A stretch of DNA of 64,000 nucleotides from Candidatus Bathyarchaeum tardum (GCA_024650005.2 CP122380.1:1792001-1856000), one strand, 5' to 3'; positions 9,639 through 20,210 are shown, numbered from the stretch's first letter. Numbers and translations: made by a program. Notes: generated by a model from the letters alone, not told the origin.

Positions 9639-9839
9639 TCAATCTTTAGTTTTTGATTTAATTAAAAATGCAAGAATAAAGGCTACAAATACAAAAACAA
9701 TGAACAACACTCCAACTATGCTTTGTGAAAGGATGAAAAATGGCTCAGAATTTAATGTTTCAGTAGATGGTAAACCCCCAAAGTATGCGACTAAAAAAAT
9801 GACTGCAAAGATTGTGCCTACGCCTTGGGCAGAGAACAA
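9639..9839 (-). CDS. Small two-TM membrane protein (start uncertain)
   Basis: Two hydrophobic helices and a basic C-terminus. Confidence 0.55.
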   Translation of the reverse strand: MFSAQGVGTIFAVIFLVAYFGGLPSTETLNSEPFFILSQSIVGVLFIVFVFVAFILAFLIKSKTKD

Positions 9840-9989
9840 AAATGTTTGTGTTTGTTTTTTGTTCAGTTTGATTACCTACATATTATTTGGGAAAATTTGT
9901 ATTTAAGACTGTTCACAGACCCAAAACCACTTTTTCAAGGTTAGAAACTCATTGTTTTGACCATAACAATAATATATTTATAAAATCTA

Positions 9990-10955
9990 ATGACCATTGA
10001 AGGGATGTTGGTTACTATTTCTTCAGAGAAGTTTTATTCACCACTGAAAATCGGTTTACTGTTAGTTTCTGTAGTTTTTTTCTTGTTCACGCTACACGGA
10101 TTATTAACCTTAGAATGGATTGGTGAATGGGAATATTTTACAGGTGATTTTGCGTTTTGGATTTTCATAACGGACATTTCCTCAGCGGTTGGACTTGTTA
10201 TCAGATTCATTGGGAGCCTATTAGCTGTTGTAGCAGTTGGTTACTATTTTGTAAAAAAACAGGATGCAACAAAAACAGCTCTTAGAATTTTCAAAATTGT
10301 CCTGATAGCTGAAGCAATATATTGGTTCACATTTATCACATCTGGATTCTGGGGTATTTCCCCCGTTGTTTCAATAATTTTAGGAGACACAACCAGTCAG
10401 TTAACAGAACTTTCCATGACCATACAATGGGTAATCGCCATGGGATTGCCGTGCTTATTTGAGGCAATTGCGCTTCCCTTTGCTTTGTTTAAAATAGTTT
10501 TTAACACAAATCCAAACAAACCCCAAAGCAGAGCGATAAAATGGGGCTTAATCGCTGGAATATTATACATTTTCACATGGTGGCTCAACAACGCAGGCAT
10601 GTGGATATACACAATAATCGATGAGGGAACAAATTACTTAACAGCGTATCCAGAAAACATGATTAGTTTTGTTTTTACATTATTTGGGTTAGCTGCACTC
10701 GGAATATTTTCTGCGGTTTCTGCAAAGAAAGCCTTTGGAACCGAAAGGCTAGAAGATTTAAACCTAAAAACATGGGGAGTAATAATCATAGTTGCAGGTT
10801 TTTATTTCCTTTGGAATTATTTGACATGGATTTTCTTTGGAAGACCTGAAATCTGGAGCCAATGGTATGCATGGTTTATGGGTCATAACTTGGATTTGTG
10901 GGCGTTGTCCCTTCCGTTGTTTGGGTTGCCGTTGTTGTTTGACAAAAAATCGTAA
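9990..10955 (+). CDS. Uncharacterised polytopic membrane protein
   Basis: 321-aa ORF with about 8 hydrophobic segments, Trp-rich. Confidence 0.75.
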   Translation: MTIEGMLVTISSEKFYSPLKIGLLLVSVVFFLFTLHGLLTLEWIGEWEYFTGDFAFWIFITDISSAVGLVIRFIGSLLAVVAVGYYFVKKQDATKTALRIFKIVLIAEAIYWFTFITSGFWGISPVVSIILGDTTSQLTELSMTIQWVIAMGLPCLFEAIALPFALFKIVFNTNPNKPQSRAIKWGLIAGILYIFTWWLNNAGMWIYTIIDEGTNYLTAYPENMISFVFTLFGLAALGIFSAVSAKKAFGTERLEDLNLKTWGVIIIVAGFYFLWNYLTWIFFGRPEIWSQWYAWFMGHNLDLWALSLPLFGLPLLFDKKS

Positions 10956-11022
10956 TCGCAGTTATTGAGCGAAGGAATTTATAGTACGGGTGTTATTCCC
11001 TTTTTTTATTCCCGTGGTTTTC

Positions 11023-12306
11023 ATGATTCACGAAATCATTCACCGCAACCAAAATCAAGACATCACAGGTTTTTATTATCCACGTTATAGCAAAGACTGC
11101 ATTTCAAACATTCCAGGAACAATACTGGATTTGTTTGGGGTAAATCATGACTTGTCAAAACTTCCTTTTGACTTAAACACTGAAGTAGAGGGAGTTAACA
11201 AAGTAGTACTTTTTGTTTTGGATGGTTTTGGATATAACCAGTTTTTGCGTTACCACAATGAACAGAAGTTTTTGGCTAGCCTAGCAAAGAAAAGTGAAGT
11301 TTTTCCGTTAACTAGTATTTTTCCTTCCCAAACAACTAATGCCCTCACCACTTTGAATACTGGTTTGACTCCTCAAGAGCATGGATTATTTGAGTATTAT
11401 ATCTACATCAAAGAAGTTGATCGAATAGTCAACACTCTACGTTTTGAACCCCTAGGTTCAAGAGTCCGAAATGAGCTTTTAGAAAACGGGTTTAGTCCAG
11501 ACATTTTATTTCATGGGCACACAATTCAAAGCAAACTAAAAGAAGCAGGCATCAAATCTTTCACACATATCTACGCTTCTTATGCTTACAGTCATTACTC
11601 AAGGCTTCTGTTTGAAGATAGCACGTTTATTCCGTCTTTGAAGTCTTCAGATTTAATCGTTACACTAAAAAAGAAACTGGAAGAAGAAACGGGACCAGCA
11701 TACTTTTTTGTGCACCTAAGTAATTTAGATACAATATCACACGAGTACGGACCAAAAAGTTATGAATATGGAGCAGAATTGTCAGCCATTTCATATTTAA
11801 TGAACAAAGAGTTAATCGAAAAAATTGACCCCAAAACTGCAAAGGAAACCCTAATCCTGTTAACAGCAGACCATGGGGGCGTTAATATTGTTCCCAAGGA
11901 TACGACATACCTGAATGGCTTTCCGGACATTATGAATAACCTACAGAAGGGAAGTTCAGGAAACACTATTTTACCCACGGGTAGCGCACGAGATGTTTTT
12001 CTGCATGTTCAACCAGAAAAGCTTGTAGAAACTCAAGATTTGCTTCGGAAAAAAATTGGTGACAAAGCAAAAGTTGTTGAAACTAAGGATGCAATAAACA
12101 ATGGATTGTTTGGACGGGGAAATGTTGGAAGTCAGTTTATTGATAGAGCAGGCAACTTGTTGATTTTGCCTTATGGGAACGAAACAGTTTGGTTTGAACA
12201 TTTCAAGGATATAAAGTATAATCCTATTGGTCAACATGGGGGATTAAACGCTGAAGAAATGGTTGTCCCGCTAGCAGTAACTAGACTGGATAAACTAAAA
12301 GTATAA
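11023..12306 (+). CDS. Alkaline phosphatase superfamily protein (type I phosphodiesterase/nucleotide pyrophosphatase)
   Basis: VLDGFG, SIFPSQT, TGLTPQEHG, LDTISHEYGP, TADHG, GQHGG. Confidence 0.88.
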   Translation: MIHEIIHRNQNQDITGFYYPRYSKDCISNIPGTILDLFGVNHDLSKLPFDLNTEVEGVNKVVLFVLDGFGYNQFLRYHNEQKFLASLAKKSEVFPLTSIFPSQTTNALTTLNTGLTPQEHGLFEYYIYIKEVDRIVNTLRFEPLGSRVRNELLENGFSPDILFHGHTIQSKLKEAGIKSFTHIYASYAYSHYSRLLFEDSTFIPSLKSSDLIVTLKKKLEEETGPAYFFVHLSNLDTISHEYGPKSYEYGAELSAISYLMNKELIEKIDPKTAKETLILLTADHGGVNIVPKDTTYLNGFPDIMNNLQKGSSGNTILPTGSARDVFLHVQPEKLVETQDLLRKKIGDKAKVVETKDAINNGLFGRGNVGSQFIDRAGNLLILPYGNETVWFEHFKDIKYNPIGQHGGLNAEEMVVPLAVTRLDKLKV

Positions 12307-12593
12307 CATCAATTTTTGTAAGATTGTCCAATTTTTTTCAGAGGCATTACTGTAGTTCAGTTCAAATAATTTTCAACATTGTTTTTTTCCTAACTCGAAA
12401 TTAGTTGAAATGAGTTAAAGGGTTGGAAATAGCATTTTTGCATATTTTATTAGTAAAAATTGGTTGTATCTGAATTTTTTAAGCAAGATATATTAGGCAG
12501 AAGATATTATTAAAATATATTATATGTCTAGAAAAAGACATATTGTATACAGGTGTAACAATAAAACAGTTCAACAGAAAAACAGGTGAAAAA

Positions 12594-12965
12594 ATGATAG
12601 AAATTCTTTTTGCAACCACTTGGACCTGCCTAGGAACCTACATAGCATGGTACATCTTTAAAGCAAAAACCCATCACCCATTATCCATCGAAGAATTAAC
12701 GTTAACATGGCAAATACATAAAAATCAAGCAAGATGCAACGCTTCAACCATCCACACAATACACGTAAAAAATAATTCCATCGTCGGATTCACCTGCGAT
12801 TGTGGCTATAACTACCTACAAAAGCGGTTAATAACACAAAAAATAACAGCAGAAACTCAGCCAAAAACTGAAACAGCGTTACTGAAAATAAAAGACCAAA
12901 TAAAATCAGATAAAAACATACAGAAATTAAATCTAACAAACACCCAAATTCACAAGATTAAGTAA
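12594..12965 (+). CDS. Hypothetical membrane-anchored protein with possible Zn site
   Basis: GGTGA RBS, N-terminal TM, then H..C....CDCG. Confidence 0.65.
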   Translation: MIEILFATTWTCLGTYIAWYIFKAKTHHPLSIEELTLTWQIHKNQARCNASTIHTIHVKNNSIVGFTCDCGYNYLQKRLITQKITAETQPKTETALLKIKDQIKSDKNIQKLNLTNTQIHKIK

Positions 12966-13010
12966 CAAAAAAGAAGGAAAAACAACTTTTTTCAGTTTAA
13001 TAAAAACTGA

Positions 13011-13256
13011 TTAGCGGTTTTTGTATTCTTTTGCAACAATCATTGTGGTTGTCAGGAAAATATCAGACAGCGAGCGGAGTTTGTCAGTTAGGAATCTGTC
13101 TAAATCTGCAAGGTCTTTTACTTCAACTTTTGCTATTGCATCGTATTCTCCGTATAATTCGTCAACTTGAACAACCTCTTCGAAGTTAGCAACTCTTTCA
13201 CAAACATCTCGTTCAGCGCCTGACTTCAAAGTAACAAGGATATAACCAAAGACCAT
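13011..13256 (-). CDS. Lrp/AsnC ligand-binding (RAM) domain protein, standalone
   Basis: GYILV..LYGEYDAIAKVE..TTTMIV. Confidence 0.85.
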   Translation of the reverse strand: MVFGYILVTLKSGAERDVCERVANFEEVVQVDELYGEYDAIAKVEVKDLADLDRFLTDKLRSLSDIFLTTTMIVAKEYKNR

Positions 13257-13447
13257 ACCAATTACCTCTCCACAAACTACACCAACACCAAAAACTTAAA
13301 CATATCGTTCAAAAAGCCCTAAACAAAACACATTAAATTAGAAAAGCATATCATATTAACAAACAGTTTCGTTCGGCTAATATAACTAGTAACACCAAAC
13401 GATTTAAGCCATCTAAACAAAGTATTGAATTAGATTTATAACAAAAA

Positions 13448-14455
13448 ATGTGGGCTACATTGAAAAAACTCGAAGTAAATGTAACAACAAATGAGGCAAG
13501 AAAAGTCAAACAATTACTTACAAACTTGGAACTCTCATATGTTTGCTCATCCATGAAAATTGAAAATGAAAAATTCAAAACATTTTCTTGTTTAGTACCT
13601 GACCAACTTATTGATAGGGCAATTGAAGAAATTTCAGAAATAATGGATTTGAGGCTAACACAAAATTCTATAAGTGTGTATAACGTGGAAGCCTATGTTT
13701 CTAGCCATCTTGACAGAATAAAAGAAAAAATTGGTGAAGAAAATCCTCCACCAAATCCCTTCGAACGGCTGTTAGAAACTACAGAAAAATTCACACAAAT
13801 AAACAAAGACCTCATAATAATGGCATTGTTTGCCACCATAATCGCCCTTGCAGGACTATTCCTTGACAATCCAGTCACTGTAATTGGAGCAATGCTTCTT
13901 TCACCATTACTAGGTCCCATTAATGCTTTTGCAGTAAACGCAAGCATAGGAAAAATTAAAAAACTAGTCAAAACCGAAGCATCAATAATCATACTTCTGG
14001 GTTCAGTAATACTCCTTTCAGCATTAACTACAATTGTTGTTTCATTTTTTGTGGACTTGCAGGTTACGTCACAAATTTCGATTAGAAGCCAAACTTCCTT
14101 AACAGACGTAGGAATAGGATTAATACTAGGCTTAGCAGGAGGATTAGCATTAGTTGCTGCAATACCTGAAATCCTAGTTGGAGTAGGCGTAGCAAGCGCC
14201 TTATTGCCCCCAGCTACAGTTTCCGGAATCGGTTTAGCATTAATGAACGGCAACATGTTCTTTGGGGCGTTAACGGTAACGATGGTGTATCTGGTCGGAT
14301 TAGAACTAGGATGCACAGTAATGTTACGAATAAAAGGACTTCAACCAAGAAGATTCTACCAGAAAGCAGACGCAAAAAAAAGGTCAGCCTATTTCATCAT
14401 AACTTTGAGCATATTACTGATAATCCTGATGATTGTAATTTACAGAACAGGATAA
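13448..14455 (+). CDS. TIGR00341/DUF389 family membrane protein
   Basis: IGAMLLSPLLGP, GVGVASALLPPA. Confidence 0.85.
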   Translation: MWATLKKLEVNVTTNEARKVKQLLTNLELSYVCSSMKIENEKFKTFSCLVPDQLIDRAIEEISEIMDLRLTQNSISVYNVEAYVSSHLDRIKEKIGEENPPPNPFERLLETTEKFTQINKDLIIMALFATIIALAGLFLDNPVTVIGAMLLSPLLGPINAFAVNASIGKIKKLVKTEASIIILLGSVILLSALTTIVVSFFVDLQVTSQISIRSQTSLTDVGIGLILGLAGGLALVAAIPEILVGVGVASALLPPATVSGIGLALMNGNMFFGALTVTMVYLVGLELGCTVMLRIKGLQPRRFYQKADAKKRSAYFIITLSILLIILMIVIYRTG

Positions 14456-14480
14456 AAAAAGGGAAAAACTTTGCTAGAAA

Positions 14481-15491
14481 CTAAAAAGAGTTACTGGCAT
14501 GACCATTCAAATCAACAGTTTTGTAGACTGGATGCTCTTTGAACTTAAGCGTTGTTTTAGATGTTTCTATGGTTCCGCTAGGCAAACGCATACAAAGAGA
14601 ACTGACAGTTGCACCACCTTTAGTAAACCGTACACCATTCAAAAGTTCACCTTTAGTTATACCTGATGCTGCAAACACGAGTTCGTTGCCTTTTGCTAAC
14701 TCTTCTTCATTATATGTTTTTTCAATATCAACGCCAACTTCTCGCAATCGGTCCATCCGACCTGCGTCGTCTTTTTGGTCTTTCCAGACTTTAACAAGCA
14801 TGGTTCCACCTAGACATTTTACAGCAGTTGCAGCAATTGTTGCTTCAGGTCCTGCACCTGCTCCAACAAGAAGGTCAACACCAGAATCGGGCATGCAGGT
14901 AACAACCGCTCCTGCTATGTCTCCGTCAGGAATCAAAATGATTCTAACTCCAAGTTTTCGTAAAGTTTCCAAAATTTGATTGTGTCGCTCACGTTCGAGC
15001 ATAATAACTGTGAAGTTTTCAAGGGACAACCCTTTTGCTTTTGCCACTGTTTTTACAAGTTCTTCTATGGACATGTCCAAAGAAATTTTTCCTTTGGAGT
15101 GTATGTCGGTTGCTACTTTAAAGTAGTATCCGTCGTCAGGCAAGACTTGGAAGCAGCCAGCAGGTGCACATGCAAGAGCAGAAATTGCGTCTTTTCTACC
15201 TTTGGATGTTGCTGTTGTTCCGTCTACGGGATCGAAAACGAATTCTACTTTGGGTCCTTTGCAGGTTCCAACTCTTTCTCTGTTAAGGAATGCTGGCGCA
15301 TTATCTTTGGGTCCTTCACAGGATATTACTTCGCCGTCAATTTCGGTTTGATTCAAAACTGCTCTTGAAAAGTCGACTGCGGTTGCGTCTACTAAATTTT
15401 TGTCTCCTTGACCAATGTGTAACGCAGCGCCGACGGCTCCGGCGATAGTGATTCGGGTTAATGAGGGAGCTAAAGCCCTAAGAGATGCCAA
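14481..15491 (-). CDS. glpX: Fructose-1,6-bisphosphatase class II (GlpX family)
   Basis: GDKNLVD, EGPKDNAP, DPVDGT, ERERH, IPDGDIAG, GAGPE, ASGITKGELLNGVRF. Confidence 0.88.
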   Translation of the reverse strand: MASLRALAPSLTRITIAGAVGAALHIGQGDKNLVDATAVDFSRAVLNQTEIDGEVISCEGPKDNAPAFLNRERVGTCKGPKVEFVFDPVDGTTATSKGRKDAISALACAPAGCFQVLPDDGYYFKVATDIHSKGKISLDMSIEELVKTVAKAKGLSLENFTVIMLERERHNQILETLRKLGVRIILIPDGDIAGAVVTCMPDSGVDLLVGAGAGPEATIAATAVKCLGGTMLVKVWKDQKDDAGRMDRLREVGVDIEKTYNEEELAKGNELVFAASGITKGELLNGVRFTKGGATVSSLCMRLPSGTIETSKTTLKFKEHPVYKTVDLNGHASNSF

Positions 15492-15643
15492 ATTTTACAC
15501 CATCACGTATTAACCTTTGACCTGTTGTAAAACATTTTCGGACAAAAGGAGATACATTTTAAGTAAACAAAATATTAAAAAAATAAACATAATCCATATT
15601 TAGTTATAATCACTTTTCTGTAACCCAGAAAGGATGACAGAAA

Positions 15644-16144
15644 ATGATTATCGGAATTATGTCAGACACCCACGACCGCCTGCCAATGATTGATGCAGCA
15701 GTAAACAAACTTAACGAATTAGGTGTTGAACTTGTATATCATGCAGGAGATTACATCGCGCCTTTTGTAGATTCCCATTTGAAGAACTTGAAAGCGCCCC
15801 TTATTGGAGTGTTAGGCAACAACGATGGCAGCACAAGTTTACTGAAACAAAAATTCGCCGAATTCGGAGCAGACATACGAGGAAGATTTGCCTTTGACAT
15901 AATTGATGGACTAAGAATTGCTATTGTACATGGAGATGACCGAGAACTAATGCGTTCACTATTGGAACTACAAAGCCACGACATTTTAATCACAGGGCAC
16001 ACCCATGAAGCAAAAATTTACAGAAAAGGGCAAATGTTAGTCATTAACCCCGGAGAAACTTGTGGACTGCTAACAGGGAAATCAACAATAGCAATACTCG
16101 ACACAGAAAAACTAGAAGCAGAAATAATCGAACTCAATAAGTAA
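15644..16144 (+). CDS. Metallophosphoesterase (YfcE/MJ0936 family)
   Basis: SDTHD, HAGD, GNND, VHG, GHTH, INPGE. Confidence 0.92.
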   Translation: MIIGIMSDTHDRLPMIDAAVNKLNELGVELVYHAGDYIAPFVDSHLKNLKAPLIGVLGNNDGSTSLLKQKFAEFGADIRGRFAFDIIDGLRIAIVHGDDRELMRSLLELQSHDILITGHTHEAKIYRKGQMLVINPGETCGLLTGKSTIAILDTEKLEAEIIELNK

Positions 16145-16229
16145 ATTGATTTAGTCCTATTTTTGTTACAAAGACAGGATAAATTGATTTTATCAGTGTT
16201 TATATAACACCGTTATAAATAATGTTTTT

Positions 16230-17294
16230 ATGTCTACGAAGAAAAAAACAAAAACAGTTTCAAAAATATCTGCTGTTCTAGTAGTTACAATTTTAATTTC
16301 TTCAATAACAATTAGCATCTGGGTTTGGCACAATAACAATTTAGGCAACCAAAAGGACGGCATATTAACAGGTCATGACAAAACACCGATTAATACACCG
16401 GATGTTTCAAATGAAACCCAACTAGAAACTAATGAACCTGATGAACAGGAACCCGAAACAAATGAACCAATAGACAGAATCAACAGAGCACGCATCCTAA
16501 TCGAAGAACAAGAATACTTCTTTGACTCTTCAAAGGTCAACACTACAAGACCTGACTTGTTTAAAAATGGACAGTTTTCAGTATTTGACGTTTTGGTTCA
16601 TTTGTATGAACAAAACCTAATTGATTTAGCATATCATTTTGACGAAACAATGAACACTCATATAATTGACGCAATAAACCAACAAACGGGCTGGTGGTAC
16701 ATTGTTGTCTACTCTGGAGGATGGCCTGAACAAAATGTTTTCAGACCCGATCATTATCCATGGAAAATTGGCACTCAAATACAATTCTACACAGAAAGTT
16801 ACTCAAAAATTGCTGCAATATATTCTGAGTGGCAAGAAGAAACCCAAAGAAAAGAGGACAACCATGAAAAAATCATAATTCCTGAAGTAACAATTGTGGG
16901 AAAAACGTTCACAAAAGAATTTACTGACGTAGAAGTGACAGCCCACAATCTGAGAAACGACGTTTTTCAAGAAGGCGTAATTACAGCAATTGATGTGATT
17001 TTGTCCCTAGCAGACCAAGGAAAAATAACTTACGAACTGAAATGGTATGATTCGATAGGTCAAGCTAGTGTAGTTCGAAGTTATTGGGTAGATGCAATAG
17101 ACAACGACACTGCAGAAGCATATTGTGGTTTTGTTTACGAGTCAGGTTCAAATAAATACCGAGGTGTTAATGGGAATCACATTCATTTGCCTTCAGACAC
17201 CAGAATACTAAACACTCCAGAGTACCTAGTTTACTTTTGGATATGCCTAAACCCCCAAGGAATAACTGTACCTAACATTGTACCTACCCAGTAA
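16230..17294 (+). CDS. Membrane-anchored extracellular hypothetical protein with two similar domains
   Basis: N-terminal basic+TM anchor, acidic linker, then two related segments (RPDLF..SVFDVLVHL / RNDVF..TAIDVILSL). Confidence 0.75.
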   Translation: MSTKKKTKTVSKISAVLVVTILISSITISIWVWHNNNLGNQKDGILTGHDKTPINTPDVSNETQLETNEPDEQEPETNEPIDRINRARILIEEQEYFFDSSKVNTTRPDLFKNGQFSVFDVLVHLYEQNLIDLAYHFDETMNTHIIDAINQQTGWWYIVVYSGGWPEQNVFRPDHYPWKIGTQIQFYTESYSKIAAIYSEWQEETQRKEDNHEKIIIPEVTIVGKTFTKEFTDVEVTAHNLRNDVFQEGVITAIDVILSLADQGKITYELKWYDSIGQASVVRSYWVDAIDNDTAEAYCGFVYESGSNKYRGVNGNHIHLPSDTRILNTPEYLVYFWICLNPQGITVPNIVPTQ

Positions 17295-17316
17295 CGTCAA
17301 AACAGGTTTAGAAGCG

Positions 17317-17988
17317 TTAGAAGTACATGGCATTTATCACATAAAGCACAGCCAGATGCAACGGATAATACACATAGAAGAAATATTTTCGCCATAAGGG
17401 AATTTTGTAGTCTTCTGCGTAGTCTTTTACTATAGATAATGAACCGGTATCATGTAAAACAATCAGGGGAAGGGCACCAAGGGATAAAAATTGGCTACTA
17501 AAAGGAAACAGGAACAAACAGTTTAGCAGAAAAATCAAAACAGCTCCGAGTTTTATGTTTCTTCGCAAAAGTGCCATACAGCCAATCAAGGCTAGTCCGT
17601 AGATGCCATAATCGAAGTGTATGACAAAGGAAACAATAAGGGGAATGAACGCAAAAATCGAGGCTTTTTGGAAAAAATATACAAACATCAGACCTAAAGC
17701 CAAAGTAAAGAATATGTTAAGTGACTCAAATGGGACATAACCGTGAGCTAGAAAGAAAGGAATCTGAGAAACTGCAGCAAACATAAACAATCGAATAATG
17801 TAGCTTTTGATGTTTCGGGTGTTTTCCATTCCAAGCACTAATAAATAAGCAAATAACGGAAAAGCCAGCCGACCAACAAAACGCAAAACTTGTAGTTCAG
17901 GGTACAGTACAGCTCCAACGTGGTCTACGGTCATGGTTATTATTGCGATCCATTTTAGAACTTCTCTGCCATAATCGAAGCCATACAT
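17317..17988 (-). CDS. TraX family membrane protein (putative acyltransferase)
   Basis: LKWIAIITMTVDH, GRLAFPLF, SQIPF, NIFFTL, DYG, FYVYYPLHL. Confidence 0.85.
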   Translation of the reverse strand: MYGFDYGREVLKWIAIITMTVDHVGAVLYPELQVLRFVGRLAFPLFAYLLVLGMENTRNIKSYIIRLFMFAAVSQIPFFLAHGYVPFESLNIFFTLALGLMFVYFFQKASIFAFIPLIVSFVIHFDYGIYGLALIGCMALLRRNIKLGAVLIFLLNCLFLFPFSSQFLSLGALPLIVLHDTGSLSIVKDYAEDYKIPLWRKYFFYVYYPLHLAVLYVINAMYF

Positions 17989-18012
17989 GCATATTCCTTC
18001 AAGCTATAATGG

Positions 18013-19980
18013 CTACATTTTTTCTGGCGATTCTATTCCAAGCAGTATTAAACAGTTACGCAACACTATACGAACAGCATCAACAAGGGCCAAACGGGCA
18101 GCACCTAACTGTTCTGATTCAGCTTTTATTACAGGAAGTTTGGTGTAGAATTTGTTAAATTTGTCAGCTAAACTGTTAACGTAGTCCGCGATGGCGTTTG
18201 GTTTAAGGCTTTCAGCACAATCCACAAAAACTTCAGGAAAACGAGCTAAAGTTAACATGATATCTTTTTCTAATAGGTCATTTAAAAGTGAATAATCTGC
18301 GTTTTCAATTTGAAGAGATGCTTTCCGAAGAATGCTACATCCGCGTGCATGAGAGTATTGGATGTAAGGTGCGCTGTTCTTTTCAAAATCTAGTACTCGG
18401 TCCCAACTAAAAACTACAGGTTTAGATGGGTCTACAGCTATTAGAGCATATTTTACTGCGCCTTTTCCTACGAACTCGGAAATTTTTCTTTTTTCATCTT
18501 CAGACAACATTGGTGACCGCTTAGAAACTTCGAAATAAGCTCGTTCTGCTGCTCCATCCATAACTTCGTCAAGGGTTATGTAACGTCCCCTGCGGCTACT
18601 CATTCGGTATCCCGGAAGCCTAACTAAACTGTACGCAAAATGGGTGAGTTTAGGTATGTAATCCGGATGACCTAAAGCGCTTAAAGCAAGTTTTAGTTGC
18701 AATTGCGGCAGCGTTTGCTCCATTCCGATAACATTGACTACACGTTCAGCTTGGGTAAACTTCCAAAGATGATATGCAATATCTCGAGTAGTATACAAAG
18801 AAGTCCCATCAGCCCGCGCCAAAGTCAACGGAGTGATTTCATGATCGGCACTTATTCCTAGTTTCGGTTTTAGGTCCAAATCGTCAGCTACTTTTTCTGC
18901 GTCAAACTCCAAAACACCATTTTCCCAAAAAACGTAAGATGTTTTTTCCAAGTCAGCGATTACTTGTTTGACGTCGCCTCTCCAGATTAAGTCACTTTCC
19001 CAATCCCAGGAATCTATAGAAATTTCTACACTGGCCAAAGTTTCCTTAAAGCCAGAAAGACACAACTCACATACTTCCCGAAGTAACTGTTTTTCAGGTT
19101 CTTTTCCTGCCTCATAGTTTTGAATCAATTTCCCAATTTGCAGTTCAGGATCAGCATCCTTGTTGATTTCATCCAAAAGTTTACCAAAAAGCTCTGGAAA
19201 ACGTTCCTGAATTTCAGCAGAAATAGAAATCCATTCGTCCAGTTGCCGATTCAGTTTTGGAAGGTCTTTGGGGCAACTAGTTTTTGCAGTTTCTACGGCT
19301 TTTTTGTAACGGTTAACTTCCATTATACAACTAGTTACTGTGTAGATACCACCAATGAAACGGTCAGGCTTTTGGTCAGGTTTGGGTTTTCCAAGCTTGG
19401 TGTACCCGTAAGCGATAACTGCGCTTTGGCGTCCAACATCATCCACATAATAATGGCAAGAAACGTCGTGTCCTCGTTTTTTCAAAATTCTGGAAATTGC
19501 ATCCCCCAGCACTGGATTTCTTGCTTGCCCAATATGAATAGGGTGAACAGGGTTAACGCTTGTGTGTTCAAGTAAAATTTTTTTGGGTTCACGGGTTTTT
19601 ATGAAACCATAATCCAAATCCAATTCATTAATGGATTTTAAGGTTAAACATGAAAACGCTTCCGAGTTAACACGGAAATTTACGTATCCTGCCCCAGCTG
19701 CAGAAACAGAGTCAATTAATTCAATTTTTGAAACATTTATTGCATCCACGATTTCTTGGGCTATGTTTCGGGGGCTTTTTTTTGCCTGTTTGGCTAACTC
19801 AAAACAGATTGAAGTTGCCAGTTCGCCGAACTCTAGGTTTGGGGGAACCTGCAAAGTTGATCGGTTAGATGAACCAATAATTTCGTTAAAATTTACGTCA
19901 GGATACAACTGTTGTAGGGTGTCTTTTAGTAATGTTTCACATGCATTGTAGAATTCGGCAAAGGGATTAACTGGAACCAT
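18013..19980 (-). CDS. argS: Arginine--tRNA ligase
   Basis: EHTSVNP..HIGQARN (HIGH), RADGTSLYTTRDIAY, MSSRRG, PYIQYSHAR, LGIESPEKM. The start is ATG 19980, because the longer ORF overlaps the tRNA. Confidence 0.96.
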   Translation of the reverse strand: MVPVNPFAEFYNACETLLKDTLQQLYPDVNFNEIIGSSNRSTLQVPPNLEFGELATSICFELAKQAKKSPRNIAQEIVDAINVSKIELIDSVSAAGAGYVNFRVNSEAFSCLTLKSINELDLDYGFIKTREPKKILLEHTSVNPVHPIHIGQARNPVLGDAISRILKKRGHDVSCHYYVDDVGRQSAVIAYGYTKLGKPKPDQKPDRFIGGIYTVTSCIMEVNRYKKAVETAKTSCPKDLPKLNRQLDEWISISAEIQERFPELFGKLLDEINKDADPELQIGKLIQNYEAGKEPEKQLLREVCELCLSGFKETLASVEISIDSWDWESDLIWRGDVKQVIADLEKTSYVFWENGVLEFDAEKVADDLDLKPKLGISADHEITPLTLARADGTSLYTTRDIAYHLWKFTQAERVVNVIGMEQTLPQLQLKLALSALGHPDYIPKLTHFAYSLVRLPGYRMSSRRGRYITLDEVMDGAAERAYFEVSKRSPMLSEDEKRKISEFVGKGAVKYALIAVDPSKPVVFSWDRVLDFEKNSAPYIQYSHARGCSILRKASLQIENADYSLLNDLLEKDIMLTLARFPEVFVDCAESLKPNAIADYVNSLADKFNKFYTKLPVIKAESEQLGAARLALVDAVRIVLRNCLILLGIESPEKM

Positions 19981-19998
19981 AACTTTTTCTTCCTTAAG

Positions 19999-20077
19999 TG
20001 GCGGGTCCACGGGGATTCGAACCCCGGAACTCCGGCTTCGCAGGCCAGTGTCCTAATCCAGACTAGACCATGGACCC
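19999..20077 (-). tRNA. tRNA-Arg(GCG), intronless, CCA encoded
   Basis: GGGTCCA acceptor / TGGACCC-G-CCA; anticodon arm CTGGC-CTGCGAA-GCCGG; T arm CGGGG-TTCGAAT-CCCCG. Confidence 0.97.
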
Positions 20078-20210
20078 AGGGGGATGAATTAACAACAAAA
20101 TACAACGTTTTAAGGTTACGAAATATTTTGCAGTTATCCATTGTGGTTATGTATGTAAAAGTTGCTTCTATAAGTTCTTTCTCTTTGGAGAGCCCGCAAA
20201 ATATCAAAAA

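Noticed and set aside
17317-17988. TraX as evidence of a conjugative element
   Set aside because: No other tra genes; TraX-family genes are commonly chromosomal orphans.
19981-20207. argS N-terminal extension to 20010 and ORF 19926-20207
   Set aside because: Both overlap the clear tRNA-Arg gene.
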